Origin: Eledone cirrhosa
Taxonomy: Eukaryota
DNA length: 64,000 bases
Reading direction: 5' to 3'
Assembly (NCBI GenBank): GCA_964016885.1
Contig: OZ024742.1
Coordinates: forward strand, 288,796,001-288,860,000
Below are positions 45,133-58,000 of the stretch, one piece after another; position 1 is the stretch's first letter; each line of letters opens with the position of its first letter. The notes beneath the pieces are model-generated. The model was given only the letters and a program-made list of their open reading frames with translations. It ran no database searches and had not been told where the DNA came from. The position numbers and the translations under genes were made by a program.

Positions 45133-45816
45133 ACACTTATGTGCACATATATCGATTATTCCATTAAAATGTCCATAAATGCCAACTTACCGCTGTTTGC
45201 CATTTTAAGAATCCGAGATAGAAAACTTCGCGGCTGGACTTATCAGCGACATTTCGAAGTCTTACTAATGTCTGTATGTGTGCGTGGTATGTGTGGTGTG
45301 TTTATAGTGTAGAGAAAGAGACAGGCAGATATAAATACATATAAGCATAGCTATACACACATACACGTATATAGATATATACAAATAAACATACACACAC
45401 ATATATACATAAAGAAAGAGACACACACACATACATTCCATACGTACATTCATTTATGTGTATGTACGTATGAATGTATGTATATATATATATAGATATC
45501 TGTGTATGAATGTGTGTATGTATGTATGTACGTATGGATGTTTATTTGTAGTAGAGATAGAGAGTGGGGAGTAAGTGAGATATAGTGATAAATTGGGAGG
45601 AAGGGAGTGGAGGCAGAAAACACAAACAAACGGAAATTATCGAATATTGCCGAATAGTTTGCTTTAACTGATAGCAGAAAGTTGTTGGTAGAGGACCGAA
45701 GATTGTTTTATGTGGTGGGAGGGGAGAGAATTATGTGTTGAAGTGATCCCAGCCCTTTCAACCGTTACATTACGGCACAGCTGGGTGCTATTAAAACTAT
45801 ACTACACCTTCCTTAT

Positions 45817-46006
45817 AATAATTGTTTCTACTTTAGGCACAAGGCCAGAAATTACTCAGTGCATTACTAGTACTTTATTTTATCGACCCCGTAAGGATGA
45901 AAGGAAAAGTCAACCTCGGCGGGATTTGAACTCAGATCGTAAAGGGACGTAACTATGCTGGAAAGCATGACGTCCGACCCTCTACCGATACTGCCAATCC
46001 ACCGCC
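45817..46006 (-). mobile_element. SINE family 2
   Basis: Reverse complement of 62278-62466. Confidence 0.9.
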
Positions 46007-46534
46007 TTTTATAACTTTCAGACGACTGCTGCCATGCTGGGATACAACCCTAAAGGGATTTTGTTAATCATATCGACCCAGTACTTGTTTTTCAAGCTTG
46101 GAGCTTATTTTATCGATCTCTTTTCGTCTAGTCGGGATATTAACCTGCGCGTGCGCACACACATATACTCCGTTCTTGTACTATGGTGTCTCGAATAATC
46201 TGACCCCCCAGCTTATTAATTTTTCAGAACCCCCCCCCCCCCCCTCACCGCTTATTAAATTTTGCTAATCAATCTCCAGCGAAATTTTATTTTAAGTGGT
46301 GGTATTCCTGTGACAATTTTCCTTATACACCAAAAAAAACATTATACATGACAAAAAAGTACATCACTAGAAATCCCATACGTTCTTGCTCCTTTGTGAC
46401 CCCTCTTCGTTTTGAAGCACTTGGCGTTGTCAAGTGTCATTTACCCTAACAGGGAGTGAAATTGAGTAGATGGTAACTGCTTAGAAACCTGTTATACAAA
46501 GAGCCAGCCATGTCACACACTATGTCATGCTGAA

Positions 46535-47042
46535 TCATCATCATCACCGTTTAACGTCCATTTTTCCACGCTAGCATGGGTTTTACGAGTTGTCCTGTTG
46601 TGAGATAAGCCAGGTCAGATGACCATGTCTTGTTCATGCAGAACTGTTTCTGGCTTGGTTTCCATGGCTGGATGCCCTCCCTAACACCAACCACATTTAT
46701 AGTTAGTACTGGGTGCTTTTTGTCGTGACACCTACACAACCACCTTACAGTGTGGGCCAGGTCCTTTTTGTTGTGACATCTACGCAACCACCCTACAGTG
46801 TGGACTGGGTGCTTTTTGTTGTGACACCTACACGACCATTTTACAGTGTAGGCTAGGTGTTCTTTGTTGTGACACCTACATGACCACTTTACAGTGTAGA
46901 CTGGATGCTTTTTGTCGTGACACCTACATGACCAATTTACAGTGTGAGCTGGATGATCTTTGTCATGACACCTACATGATCACTTTATAATGTGAACTGG
47001 GTCCTTTTGTTGTGTCATCTACAGTGGAAGCTGGGTGCTTTT
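46535..47042 (-). mobile_element. RTE-tail retroposon 3' end with ~7 tandem ~46-bp units
   Basis: (ATC)n-CGTTTAACGTCC tail; repeated TTTACAGTGTGGACTGGGTGCTTTTTGTCGTGACACCTAC. Confidence 0.8.
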
Positions 47043-47659
47043 TGAATCTCCCTGAGAATTACATTAAGGGTACACGTATCTGAAGAATGCTTAGCCATTT
47101 ACCCATTAAATTTGCATGCAGGCTATTCCATTGATAAATAAACAAAACAAAAAGCTCATCTTCAAACTTGATGGAGGTCAATTTCATTCTTTGCAATTGA
47201 TAGTGTTCTATACTGGTGTTGAATGTTTCCCTAGAAAATTAATTCTTTTCTTTTTTTGTAGCAGAAAATTTTAAGTGGTTTCCTACTCTTTAACCAAACA
47301 AGCAACTTCTAGTTGGACTTTGCTATTAATAATAAAAAAAAACAACAACTAAAGAATTTAAACAGTTATGTAACTTGATAGTTATCAATGGAAGCTACTG
47401 GTTTGAATTACAAACTATATAATTTTTACATTAATTTTTCACTCCAGGTAGAGCTGCTACTTCTCCAAATTGAGAGATTACAGCTCTGATACTATGGGCA
47501 TGTGGTTAGAATGTCTTGGGAAAGAATCATTGGACAGATTTTATGGGCAAAACCAACTGGCAGGAGACCCATTGGTAGGCTCCGGGCAAGATTATTGTAA
47601 TATACAACATGTACATATATGTGTATAATGCTATGTTGGAGCACCAATACAAATATATA

Positions 47660-49420
47660 TATAAGTGTTAGCAAAACGAATTAGTGAAAAAGTTAAATTA
47701 GATGAGATGCAGTTTGGCTTTGTGCTAGGTAGGAGCACCACAGATGCCCTCTTCTTAGTGAAATAACTACAAAAGAAGTTTATAGTGAAGTCCAAGCTGC
47801 TATAGTTAGCTTTTATAAATCTGGAGAAGGCCTTTAACTGAGCTCCACAATCTGTTATTTGGTGGTCCTTAAGGAAACTGAGTCAACAAAGTGAGAGTAG
47901 GTAATGAGTGTAGTGTGGAATTCAATGTACAGGTAGGTGTTGATCAAGGCTTAATACTCAGCCTCCTCCTGCTTATTGTAGTTCTCCAGGTAATAACAGA
48001 AATGTTTATGACTGGCTGTGCATAGGAACTTATGTATGCTGATGACCTGCTTCATGTGGAAGAGCTTGAGAAGAAATTCTTGTTATGGAAACAGAACATA
48101 GAATCACAAGGGTGTTTAATATACCCCTAGCTGTCATCATAACTATTTTTAACAATCATTACATAGCCATGTTAGTCAGGGTTGTTGATATACAGCATTT
48201 TTATAAACATAGCAAATTTAACCCAGCGATGATTTTGCAGCATTATTTCTGGCCCAGATAGCTGAGAAAACAAGTAAATGAAACATGAAAAGGTAAAGAA
48301 AGAGAGAACTTAGTGCTGCTAATGAATGGCTTGAATATTTTCGGAAACAACAAATTTAACCCAGAGATGATTTTGCATCATATAATTTACAAAAGAAATT
48401 GGACAACAATGAGTCTAAATATTTTGAGACAATAATTTATTTCTGAATAATGTTTATGACAATAGATTGTTTTAAACTCCTCAGTCCATCACTGAGGAGT
48501 TTAAAACTAGCACTCTGTGGAAGCTCTTATATGCTGATGATCTAGTCCTCATTGCTGAGTCTGTGGGAGAGTTAGAGACAAAATTTCAAGCATGGAAGAA
48601 GAACCTAAAACTAAACTTAGCAAATACGAAAGGCTTAATAAATAGGTAAGAGAACAGGAGGGTGATGCTATCAGGGATGTGGCCTAGTTCGATATGTTAG
48701 AAAGGGGTGGGCAGACATTCTATAAGGTGCACACAATATAATCTATGGATGTACAAGTGATGTAGTAGGATTACAGACAGATTAACAGAAAAGGTAGACT
48801 TGTATGTATCAGATACACAAGAGAAGTAAGCACTAAGAACACACATGAAGTTGCCAGGGAGACTCCTTAGAAGTTGTTGACAGCATTTGTTATCTAGGCG
48901 ATCAAATTAACAGTGAGGGAGGATGCACTGAAAGTGTGACAGCCAGGATCAGAATAGGCTGGAAGAGGTTTGGGGGAGTTGGTACCTCTGCTGACAACAA
49001 AGCACTTCTCTCCGAGAGTGAAGGGTAAACTGTATGATGCCTGCATGTGAACTGCAATGCTACATGGCAGTGAAACACGGGCCTTGATCGCAGAAGACCT
49101 GCAAAGAGTGAAAAAAAAAACGAGGGAAGTAGGCTCCAATGGATGTGTAATGTTAAGTGAACTGAGAGAAAAACTTGGCATAAGAGGAATTGAATGTAGT
49201 GTGCAATAGAGAAGACAGTGTTGGTATGGAAGATAGCAGCTGCATAAAGAAATGCAGAGAAATCCCAGTGATTGGGACCCATGGAAGAGACAGATGCAGG
49301 AAGACATGGGACGAGGTAGTGAAGACTGGCCTTAAGAAATTAGGCCTCACAACTAAGAAGATGACAAAGGATTGAAAGGCTTGGTGCTATTGCTGTGATG
49401 ATGAAGAGCCAGCCACAAGC
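47660..49420 (+). mobile_element. Old degraded RTE copy or copies, interrupted at ~48110-48490
   Basis: [19 protein letters not shown] (twice), [16 protein letters not shown] with many stops. Confidence 0.85.
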
Positions 49421-49879
49421 ATACAATATAATATGATCTGACCGATTCCTATGTCCCCACCCCCTTTCACTAGCACTCCTCAGCAGCTATCCTCCCCACG
49501 ACTGCACCCACCACCTAGTACCATTCCTTAGATATTCCCTCTTCTAAAGCCCTTAGATACCCTCACTATCGCACCACAGTAGCTACTCTCTCTCTCTATC
49601 TTTTGTGCACCCCCACATTACCACCCCTTACCTATCTCTCCATCGCCCCCGCCACTATCGATTACACCATACTCCCACACTACTATTTTTTTCCTTTAAA
49701 CCCCCGTCACTTTTTTACGGGTATTATGCTAATATATATATATATATATATAGGAAAATGTATAATGGGGGTTATACATTTTCCTGTTACCCACTCTACT
49801 ACCCTAAGTATTGAGTACTCTGGTGCGTTATGGTCCATCTGGTTCCTTACCACACTTCCTTCGTTATATATATATATAT

Positions 49880-50109
49880 ATTAATTCAAAATATTAACAA
49901 AAATAGACAATTCTTGTGATCAAGTATATTTTATTATACATATTTCAGAGGTACTGAGCTAACTTCAACAGTACGTCCTCATCAGATAAAGTAAGATGAT
50001 GCATGACATACCCTTGAACATACTGTTGAAGTTAGCTCAGTATCTCTGAAATATGTATAATAAAATATACTTGATCACAAGAATTGTCTATTTTTGTTAA
50101 TATTTTGAA

Positions 50110-50113
<4 letters not shown>
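49880..50113. mobile_element. Fold-back PLE terminus (~93-bp arms) containing a minus-strand hammerhead at 49927-49993
   Basis: Arms 49880-49973 and 50021-50113; same family as 8574-8680. Confidence 0.8.
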
Positions 50114-50143
<30 letters not shown>

Positions 50144-50146
<3 letters not shown>

Positions 50147-50640
50147 ATAATAATAAATTTGAAGACTAAAATCCAAAGAGGGCTCAATAAGGATAAATAT
50201 ATATCAAATATATAAGAACCATAGAGCAAATATTTATTAAAATAATCACGTGGTTTTGTCTTTGCGGGCAATTGTTCTCCACGCTCCACATATGACGTAT
50301 TATCTTCGTTTTTTCCGTTCATTGCCAGAGAACGTCTCTATGAACCACCTAAGAGAATATTAGTCTACGACTTCTTTTATACCATAAACGTGGTTCTGTA
50401 TTTGCGTGTAATTGTTTTTCACCGCTCCAAATAATGACGTATTATATTCGTTTTTTCCCGTTCTTTGCCAGGGAACGTTTCCACGAACCAAACTATCGTC
50501 TTCCTGTCTTCTTCCGGTTGCAACGTTTTTTGAAATATTCACTTCTGCGTTTACAGATTGACTTTGTCAGTTTCAGAAGATCCCGTTAAGGGTGAAAGCA
50601 GCGATTCTTTGCTTAAACTTTAATCTGTTATTTTAATAAA
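50144..50640 (+). mobile_element. PLE 3' UTR fragment with inverted 5' tag (family of 37851-39637)
   Basis: 50247-50640 matches ~39167-39550; 50144-50244 is the reverse complement of ~39537-39636. Confidence 0.85.
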
Positions 50641-50771
50641 TATATATATATATATAACGAAGGAAGTGTTGTAAGGAACCAGATAGACCATAACGCACCA
50701 GAGTACTCAATATTTAGGGTAGTAGAGTGGGTAATAGGAAAATGTATAACCCCCATTATACATTTTCCTAT

Positions 50772-53700
50772 ATCATCATCATCGTTTAACGTCCGTGTTC
50801 CATGCTTGCATGGGTTTGGACGGGAGTTTTCCCACTTGAGGCAAGAGTGGTTGTCTTGCTCGCATAGGACTGTCTGGCGGGTTTTTACCGTGTTGCCTAC
50901 ACGGCCACATTACAGCGTGGACTGTCTGGCAGGTTTTCTACAGCTGGATGCCCTTCCTAACACCAACCACATTTACAGTGTGGGACTGGGAGGTTTTTAC
51001 CGTGTTGCCTACACGGTCACATTACAGCGTGGACTGTGTGTTTTTTTGTCGTGACACCTACACAATCTCATTTGTTTCGGCCTGGATTCTGTGGCACCAA
51101 CATAACTTTACATTGAAAGGGGCGGTGTGGATGGGGTGGGGGTGGTGGGACGGGGGTGTATTTTGTTAGAGATGCCTACAGACTGTAGTAGGTTTTAATT
51201 TGTATTTAGGTAACGCGGGTCTTCTCTATTACTGAGTACCGCCAAAGCTCTCGGTCCAGTGACATTGTCTTGGAGAGGTGTAAGTGTGTGAGGTCGGAAT
51301 TTATCAGCTCGTCCCAGGTTTTTCTGGGTCTGCCTACTCCGTGGCTACCGTCTATCTTTATTGCCCTGCACTTTGCTATACAGCTGTCGTCTTTCATGCG
51401 CATCACGTGACCATACCAACGTAGCCTTCTCTCGAGTAAACAACATCTGATCCCTCTTATTTCTAATTTTTTCCTTAGTTCGTTTATGCTTTGCCGTTCG
51501 CGTATATTACTATTACACATCCAGCGGAGCATGCAAGCTTCGTTCCTCTCTAGTCTGCGTATATCCTCTGCACACAATGCCCAGGTCTCACTGCCATGCA
51601 ACATTGCTGTTCGTATGCAGGCATCATACAACCTGCCTTTCATTTTTAGGGAGAACCTTTTAGCGGCTAATAGTGGTATAAGCTCTCTGAACTTTTTCCA
51701 TCCAGTTCTGACTCTAGCTACTGTACTTTCGGAGCACCCTCCCCCACTGCTGATTTTGTCACCCAGGTAACAGAAGCTGTCCACTATTTCTATAGAACCC
51801 TCTGCGCAGTTGAAAGAGCTAGTATTTTGTGGGCACTTGCTGCTACTTATTGCACCAGAGCACCGGCCACATGTAAAATCTGTGTTCTTAGTTAGCTTAC
51901 CTGTGATCCCACTACATCTTTTATGCACCCATACTTTGCATTTGGGACATAAAATGGAGTTTCTACCTACGCCTTTCCTACACACTGAGCATGGCCATTT
52001 CCCGGAAGGGACCGGCGCCTTATTTTCTTTCCTACAAACTAGAACTTTAGTCTTAGCCATGTTAATTTTAAGGCCTTTTGATTCTAGGCTGTGCTTCCAT
52101 GTTTGGAATTTCTTCTCTAGCTCGGCCATTGATTCAGCTATGAGCGTTAGATCATCTGCGTATAGGAGTTCCCATGGGCAGCCGGTCTTGAACTCCTCTG
52201 TTATAGCCTGAAGAGCAATAATGAATAGTAGGGGGCTAAGAACAGAGCCCTGATGGATACCAACTTTTACGCTAAACTCTTCACTATATTCGTTGTTAAT
52301 TCTAACCTTGCTCACTGTTTCTTTATACATGGCTTTTATAGCTCTCACAAGCCATTCGTCAACACCTAGTTTTCTAAGAGCCCACCAGATAATGGAACGG
52401 GGGACTCTGTCGAAGGCTTTCTCCAAGTCGACAAAGGCTAAGTATAGGGGTTTACTTTTAGCTAGGTACTTCTCCTGTAGTTGTCGTACAATGAAAATAG
52501 CGTCTGTGGTACTTTTGCCTGACACAAACCCGAACTGCATTTCATCTAGATCGATTCTCTCTCTGATTAGTTGCACTATTACTTTTTCCGTGACCTTCAT
52601 GACCTGGTCGATTAATTTAATCCCTCTATAGTTACTCCTATCTAGGGCGTCTCCTTTACCCTTGTAACAGTTAATGATGATGCTGCTACGCCAGTCCTTC
52701 GGAACAATCCCATTCTGTATGACTTGGTTTACTATCCGGGTGACCATGGTGTGTCCCTCTGTTCCAGAGGCCTTCAGCATCTCAACAACTATCTCCGAAG
52801 GCCCAGCCGCCTTACCTGTCTTCATATCTTTTATTGCCTTACTTATTATACTACCTTCAACTAACACTGCTGGTCCCTCTATTGGATCGATCTGGGGGAG
52901 ACTATCCTTCTCCCATTTATTCTCCTCATTTAGTAGCCTCTCGTAGTGACACTTCCAAGCGATCTTCTTATCAGCGTCAGTGATGGCGAGTACGCCATCA
53001 TCATTTAGTACACACTTCTCCCCAACAATATCACGGTTTTCCTTGACACATTGCCTAGCAATCCTGAACACCTCACGTTTTTGGTCCTCGCATTGTAGAA
53101 CATGCTTGAACTTTCTTTCCTCTGCTTCCCTTCTTGCTAAGTACACTTGTCTCCTAGCTTCCCTCCTGGCCACTTGATAGTCTTCTCTACTTCCCCCATC
53201 CCGCCATATTTTCCAAGCCTGCTTTTTGGCCTTAATCGACTCCTCCACCTTACTGTTCCACCACCATGTTACTCTCCTCCTGCCTATAGGCCTGCTCCGG
53301 CCACAGACTTCGTCTGCCGCCATCAGCAGGTTTGCTTTCAGGAATTCCCACTGTCCCTCTATATTGTCCGACTCTAAATGCTCTTCCTTACTGTCGAAAG
53401 CATCAAGTAATATGCTTTTAAATTTATTTCTGGCTGTGGGGTCCTTTAGCTTCCATATTTTTCTCTTGAGGATAGTCGTCTTCTGCTGTCGAGTACGTCT
53501 CGTCCTGACTATGAGGTCGTTAATTATCAGTCTATGTTGGGAGGTGCATTCTTCATGGGGGAGGGATTTAGTGTTTACAACAGTCACTCTGTCACGTCTT
53601 CTGGTAAGGATATAATCTACCTGGCTGGTATGTTCCCCTGATCTGTAGGTGATCAAGTGATTGTCTCGTTTTTTGAAGTTAGTGTTACAGATTGTTAGGT

Positions 53701-54300
53701 TATTTGCGTCACAGAATTCCAGGATTCTGGAGCCTTCCTCATTTCTAGTACCAAACCCATAGCCTCCATGGATTCCGTCATAGCCGTCACAATGTTGTCC
53801 AATGTGACCATTTAGGTCGCCAGCAATAATTATATAGTCACTGTCGGTTATTTGGGAGGTAGTGAGCATCAGTGTCTCATAGAAAGTGTCTTTTATAGCG
53901 CCAGGCAGTCCGGATTGGGGCGCGTACGCAGATATTATCGTCACAGTAGTTCTATTTAGAACAAGTCTTATTTTAATTATTCTGTCGTTTACTCTATTTA
54001 CATCTATTATCTTATCCACCCATTTTTCTGCTAACATGATTCCTACCCCACCCAGCCCATTGTCATTTCCCACCCAGAAAAGCTTATAGCATCGTTTTTT
54101 ACTCACAATGAATCTAGCAGACCCGCCCCTCCACCTAGTCTCTTGGATGCAGCAGACATCAACCTCCTTACGTTCAAGCATTTCTAAAATCTCGTTTGAG
54201 CGGCCTTTTAAGGTCCCTACATTCATGGTACCAACTCTGAAGTTTTGGATTGCGTTTGGTGGGTGGGGTGCAGGGAGGGGTGTGGTTGATGGGGTTGGGG
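50772..54300 (-). mobile_element. RTE-A LINE, near full-length (5' UTR lost in TA tract)
   Basis: Uninterrupted ORF, 3' UTR with a small internal duplication, (GAT)n tail. Confidence 0.97.
51206..54300 (-). CDS. RTE polyprotein: AP endonuclease + reverse transcriptase + PHD-like finger (~1030 aa open)
   Basis: GTMNVGTL, IQETRW, SAYAPQ, GDLNGH, VDYI, SQHR; [23 protein letters not shown]. Confidence 0.9.
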
Positions 54301-54328
54301 TTATATATATATATATACACATACACAC

Positions 54329-54360
<32 letters not shown>

Positions 54361-54402
54361 GTGTATGTATATATATGTTGGTGCTACTGGTACATGTATA
54401 AT

Positions 54403-54645
54403 AGTACAACCTGTCTCATGGTCGGCTCGTTGGCGACTAAACAGGCAACCCCACCAAGGTTTCTTGGTGAGGTTGCCTAAAGGACTAAAAACAAAACCTG
54501 TCAAAGGGCAAAGGAGCTCTTAAGAGTCAATGGCCATCCAAAATCACCGGGAGAGATGACTCCTTAACCTTTGTCAAGGCAGAATTCTAGGAGAAGGTAA
54601 ACTCTGATATAACACCTGCAACCCTGATGGTATCCAATGATGTTG
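54403..54645 (+). mobile_element. RTE-type 5' UTR fragment, structured
   Basis: TCTAGGAGAAGGTAAACTCTGA motif, which I recognise from RTE leaders; stable hairpins upstream. Confidence 0.55.
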
Positions 54646-54799
54646 ACTTGTTCTTCTTTTTGGTAAATATCATCTTGGTTAAGAGAGTGGGACTGGCTTT
54701 GTGCAGTGCCTTTGCTCACTATAAAAGCTTCACGGCACAGGCATTGCTTTATATCTGGAGATCTCTCTGCACTTGTCGTCACATGGTACCATGGGCCCA

Positions 54800-54990
54800 G
54801 CACTATATCTCAATAATTGTCACAAGTGTAGTGTTTGTACCACAGTTTTCAAGTCGCTGGCTGGACTAAAAAGTCACACTCGTTCAGCGCATCGGTAGGG
54901 GTTCTCCTACATATAAAGTAGTGGCCGTACTCGAAAACGAGTTGGCAACCACCATGTATGTATGTATGTATGTATGTATGTATGTATGTA
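54800..54990 (+). mobile_element. 3' end of C2H2-bearing RTE with (GTAT)n tail
   Basis: TGGCTGGACTAAAAAGTCAC matches ~55386-55405; terminal GGCCGTACTCGAAAACGAG stem-loop. Confidence 0.7.
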
Positions 54991-54992
54991 TG

Positions 54993-55572
54993 TATGGAGA
55001 AAGACTGTATATGAGGGAAAAGTTGCCTTTGAGACATCTCGAATCGCATACGAGAAAGTAAAGCGGGATGTGAGGAAGGGCATTGCTGTTGCACTTCCAG
55101 ACGGCGAGGGTCCTCCTATGGTGCTGACATGCAGCGTATGTGCGAGACTCTGCCTAAGCAAAGCTGGACTCGAAAGTCATCTTCGCAGTCATAAAGTAAG
55201 ACCAGTGGTTGACTACCAGGCTGCTGTTGGAGATGCTACTCATCATGCTTGCCAAACATGTGGTAGAGAATGTAAATCAGCAGGAGGGCTCAAGCGACAT
55301 GCAAAAGTACACAAACTCCAACCACAGCCGACTATTCCCAGTGAATGTTTTGGTTGCCGACTCTGTGCAAGACATTTTAGATCATTGGCTGGACTAAAAA
55401 GCCACATTTGATCGCAGCGCTGTTAGTTGCTATCGTGTGTGTGTGTGTGTAGATATGCTTATGTGTGTGCGTGTGTGTGTATATATATGTATATCATTAT
55501 TGTTGTTGTTGTTATTAATGTATGTGTGTGTGTATATGTGTGTGTGAGTGTGTGTGTGTGTATATGTGTATG

Positions 55573-55613
<41 letters not shown>

Positions 55614-56279
55614 GAACTAAGGAATAAATTAGAGATAAGAGGGATCAGATGTTGTTTACTCGAGAGAAGGCTACGTTGGTATGGACACGTGATGCGCATG
55701 AAAGTCGATAGCTGTATAACAAAGTGCAGGGCAATAAAGATAGACGGTAGTCACGGAATAGGCAGACCTAGAAAAACCTGGGACGAGCTGATAAACTCCG
55801 ACATCACACACTTACACCTCTCCAAGACAATGTCACTGGACCGAGACCTTTGGCGGTACTCAGTAACAGAGAAGACCCGCCTTACCTAAATATATAGTAA
55901 AACCTACTCCAGTCAGTAGGCATCTCTAACAAATACACCCCGTCCCACCACCCCCACCCGATCCACACCACCCCGTTCTATGTAAAGTTATGTTGGTGCC
56001 GCGCCATCGAGGCCGAAACAAATGAGATCGTGTAGGTGTCACGACAAAAAAACACACAGTCCACGCTGTAATGTGGCCGTGTAGGCAACACGGTAAAAAC
56101 CTCCCAGACCCACACTGTAAATGTGGTTGGTGTTAGGAAGGGCATCCAACTGTAGAAAACCTGCCAGACAGTCCTATGCGAGCAAGACAATCACTCTTGC
56201 CTCAAGTGGGACTACCCCCGTCCAAACCCATGCAAGCGTGGAACACGGACGTTAAACGCTGATGATGATGATGATGATA

Positions 56280-56310
<31 letters not shown>

Positions 56311-56324
56311 TTATTTTTTATTTT

Positions 56325-56360
<36 letters not shown>

Positions 56361-56430
56361 TTTTTTTTTTTCTTTCTCCTCGTGCAATGGCCATACTCGA
56401 TAACGAGGGGGTAGCCATCATCATCATCAT
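54993..56430 (+). mobile_element. RTE (BovB-like) 3' fragment with three C-terminal C2H2 fingers, interrupted by RTE-A
   Basis: WRKTV.EG...FE..R....KR..RK followed by three CxxC...GL..H motifs; the 3' stem-loop resumes at ~56388. Confidence 0.8.
55608..56278 (+). mobile_element. RTE-A LINE, short 5'-truncated copy
   Basis: C-terminal ORF, 3' UTR, (GAT)n tail. Confidence 0.95.
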
Positions 56431-56444
56431 GTATGTATGTATGT

Positions 56445-57430
56445 TCTTCTGGTTTTATAATTTCACAAAGTTTTACCAATAGAGAGAGAGTCGGTTTCTA
56501 ACATAGACACAAGACTCTCTCATTGGAATTTACACAACATCAACTAGGTATGTATGTATGTATACATGCATGTGTAGATATGGATGTTATTGTATGTGTG
56601 GATGTGTATGTTTGGAGTTGTATGTGTGCATGTGTATATGCTTTGCATCTGTATATGTGTATATGCAGTTATTAGATCCAAACTTTTTGGAATGTCTTAC
56701 ATATTTTTACTGTTCCCTTAATGGATTGTACTTGAACTTTCCTAACTAGTTGTGTTCTTTCTGTTCCTGTGAAGCCTAGCTTCTTAAGATTTGTATTGAG
56801 GCAGTTACTAACATACCCCAGTGCCCCAATAATCACAGGCATAAATCTGAAGGTGTAATCAGGGTGGAGTATCTGCAGATTTCTCATCAGTTCTGCATAA
56901 ATGTTCTCCTTTTCACTAATCTTTGATATTATATTGGCATCTGCTGGGCAGCTAATTTCCACTATTGTGCATGCTTTCTTTTCCCTGTCCCATCTCATAA
57001 TATCTGGTCTGTTATACCTGCATTTTATTAGGGTTCTTACTGGAACATTCCACCAGTACTCTTTCATATTATGTACATGGATGTGTTCCACATTGCTGTA
57101 GCTTTTAATGTGTTTATTATCGGGGCTATCTTTTTTACGAGCTGCATTGTACAGTGTTTTGGCCACTACATCATGCCTCATAGGTAGATAGTACCGCGAT
57201 GACATGGGTGATATCCTCGATGTTAGTTCTGCAGAGTCTGCACTTGTTATCACATCTAGGTGTTTTGCCTGCATCCCTATCTCTTTTGTGAATCAGGTAT
57301 TTCGTGCTAATCTCCTGTTCTTGGATTGCAAAAGCGTATCCTTCAAAGTGGGAGCCAATATAGCGGTTGTTGGTCCAAGATAGACTACTTTCCTTATCTA
57401 TATTACTCTCACTCTGGAGCTCCCTGACAA
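56445..57430 (-). mobile_element. R4/Dong-like non-LTR fragment (CCHC + restriction-like endonuclease)
   Basis: AIQEQEI.T, CRLC....EDITHV, RHDVVA, NRPDI...D, IVEISCP, K...Y..L, PVIIGALG. Confidence 0.88.
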
Positions 57431-57808
57431 CATATGTATGTATGTCTGTTTGTATGTACATGTATATATATACATTTTCGTCTATTTATTTATCTATACG
57501 TCCGTCTGTCTATTCACCCGCCCACCCATACATCCATTCATCAATGGCGGTCCGAAGATAGATAAACGGATGCATGGATAGAACAAAGTCATCGCAATTT
57601 AATAGATTTATGCTTGATAATGATTAAAGAAAATTGATTTAAATGATTGTAAAATGAAATACGGCAATGGCCGGAGTGACAAGAACAATCGAGGTTTCAA
57701 GTTTCTTAACAAAGAATATTGAAATCAAGGAATGATCAATTTAAATAATTTTTCCTTTAAATGCCGTCATTTTTTACAGGTTTTATGCTAATATATATAT
57801 ATATATAT

Positions 57809-58000
57809 ACAAATGAGGGATGAACATCTATACAATTATAGAAGTGTTCGGATTGCAAATGACCAAGTTAGCTAGGTTGAAAAAATACTAATTTAACATA
57901 ATACGGTTATGTCAAATTAGTATTTTTTTAACCTAGCTAACTTGGTCATTTGCAATCCGAACACTTCTATAATTGTATAGATGTTCATCCTCCATTTGTA
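57809..58000. repeat. ~190-bp near-perfect palindrome next to (TA)n
   Basis: Arms of ~93 bp around the loop TACGG. Confidence 0.9.

Noticed and set aside
51486-54089. Antisense ORFs over RTE copies
   Set aside because: Shadow frames of the LINE ORF, repeated only because the copies are homologous.
54301-54409. N-terminus of the 1067-aa ORF
   Set aside because: Read-through across the TA microsatellite; not part of the RTE.
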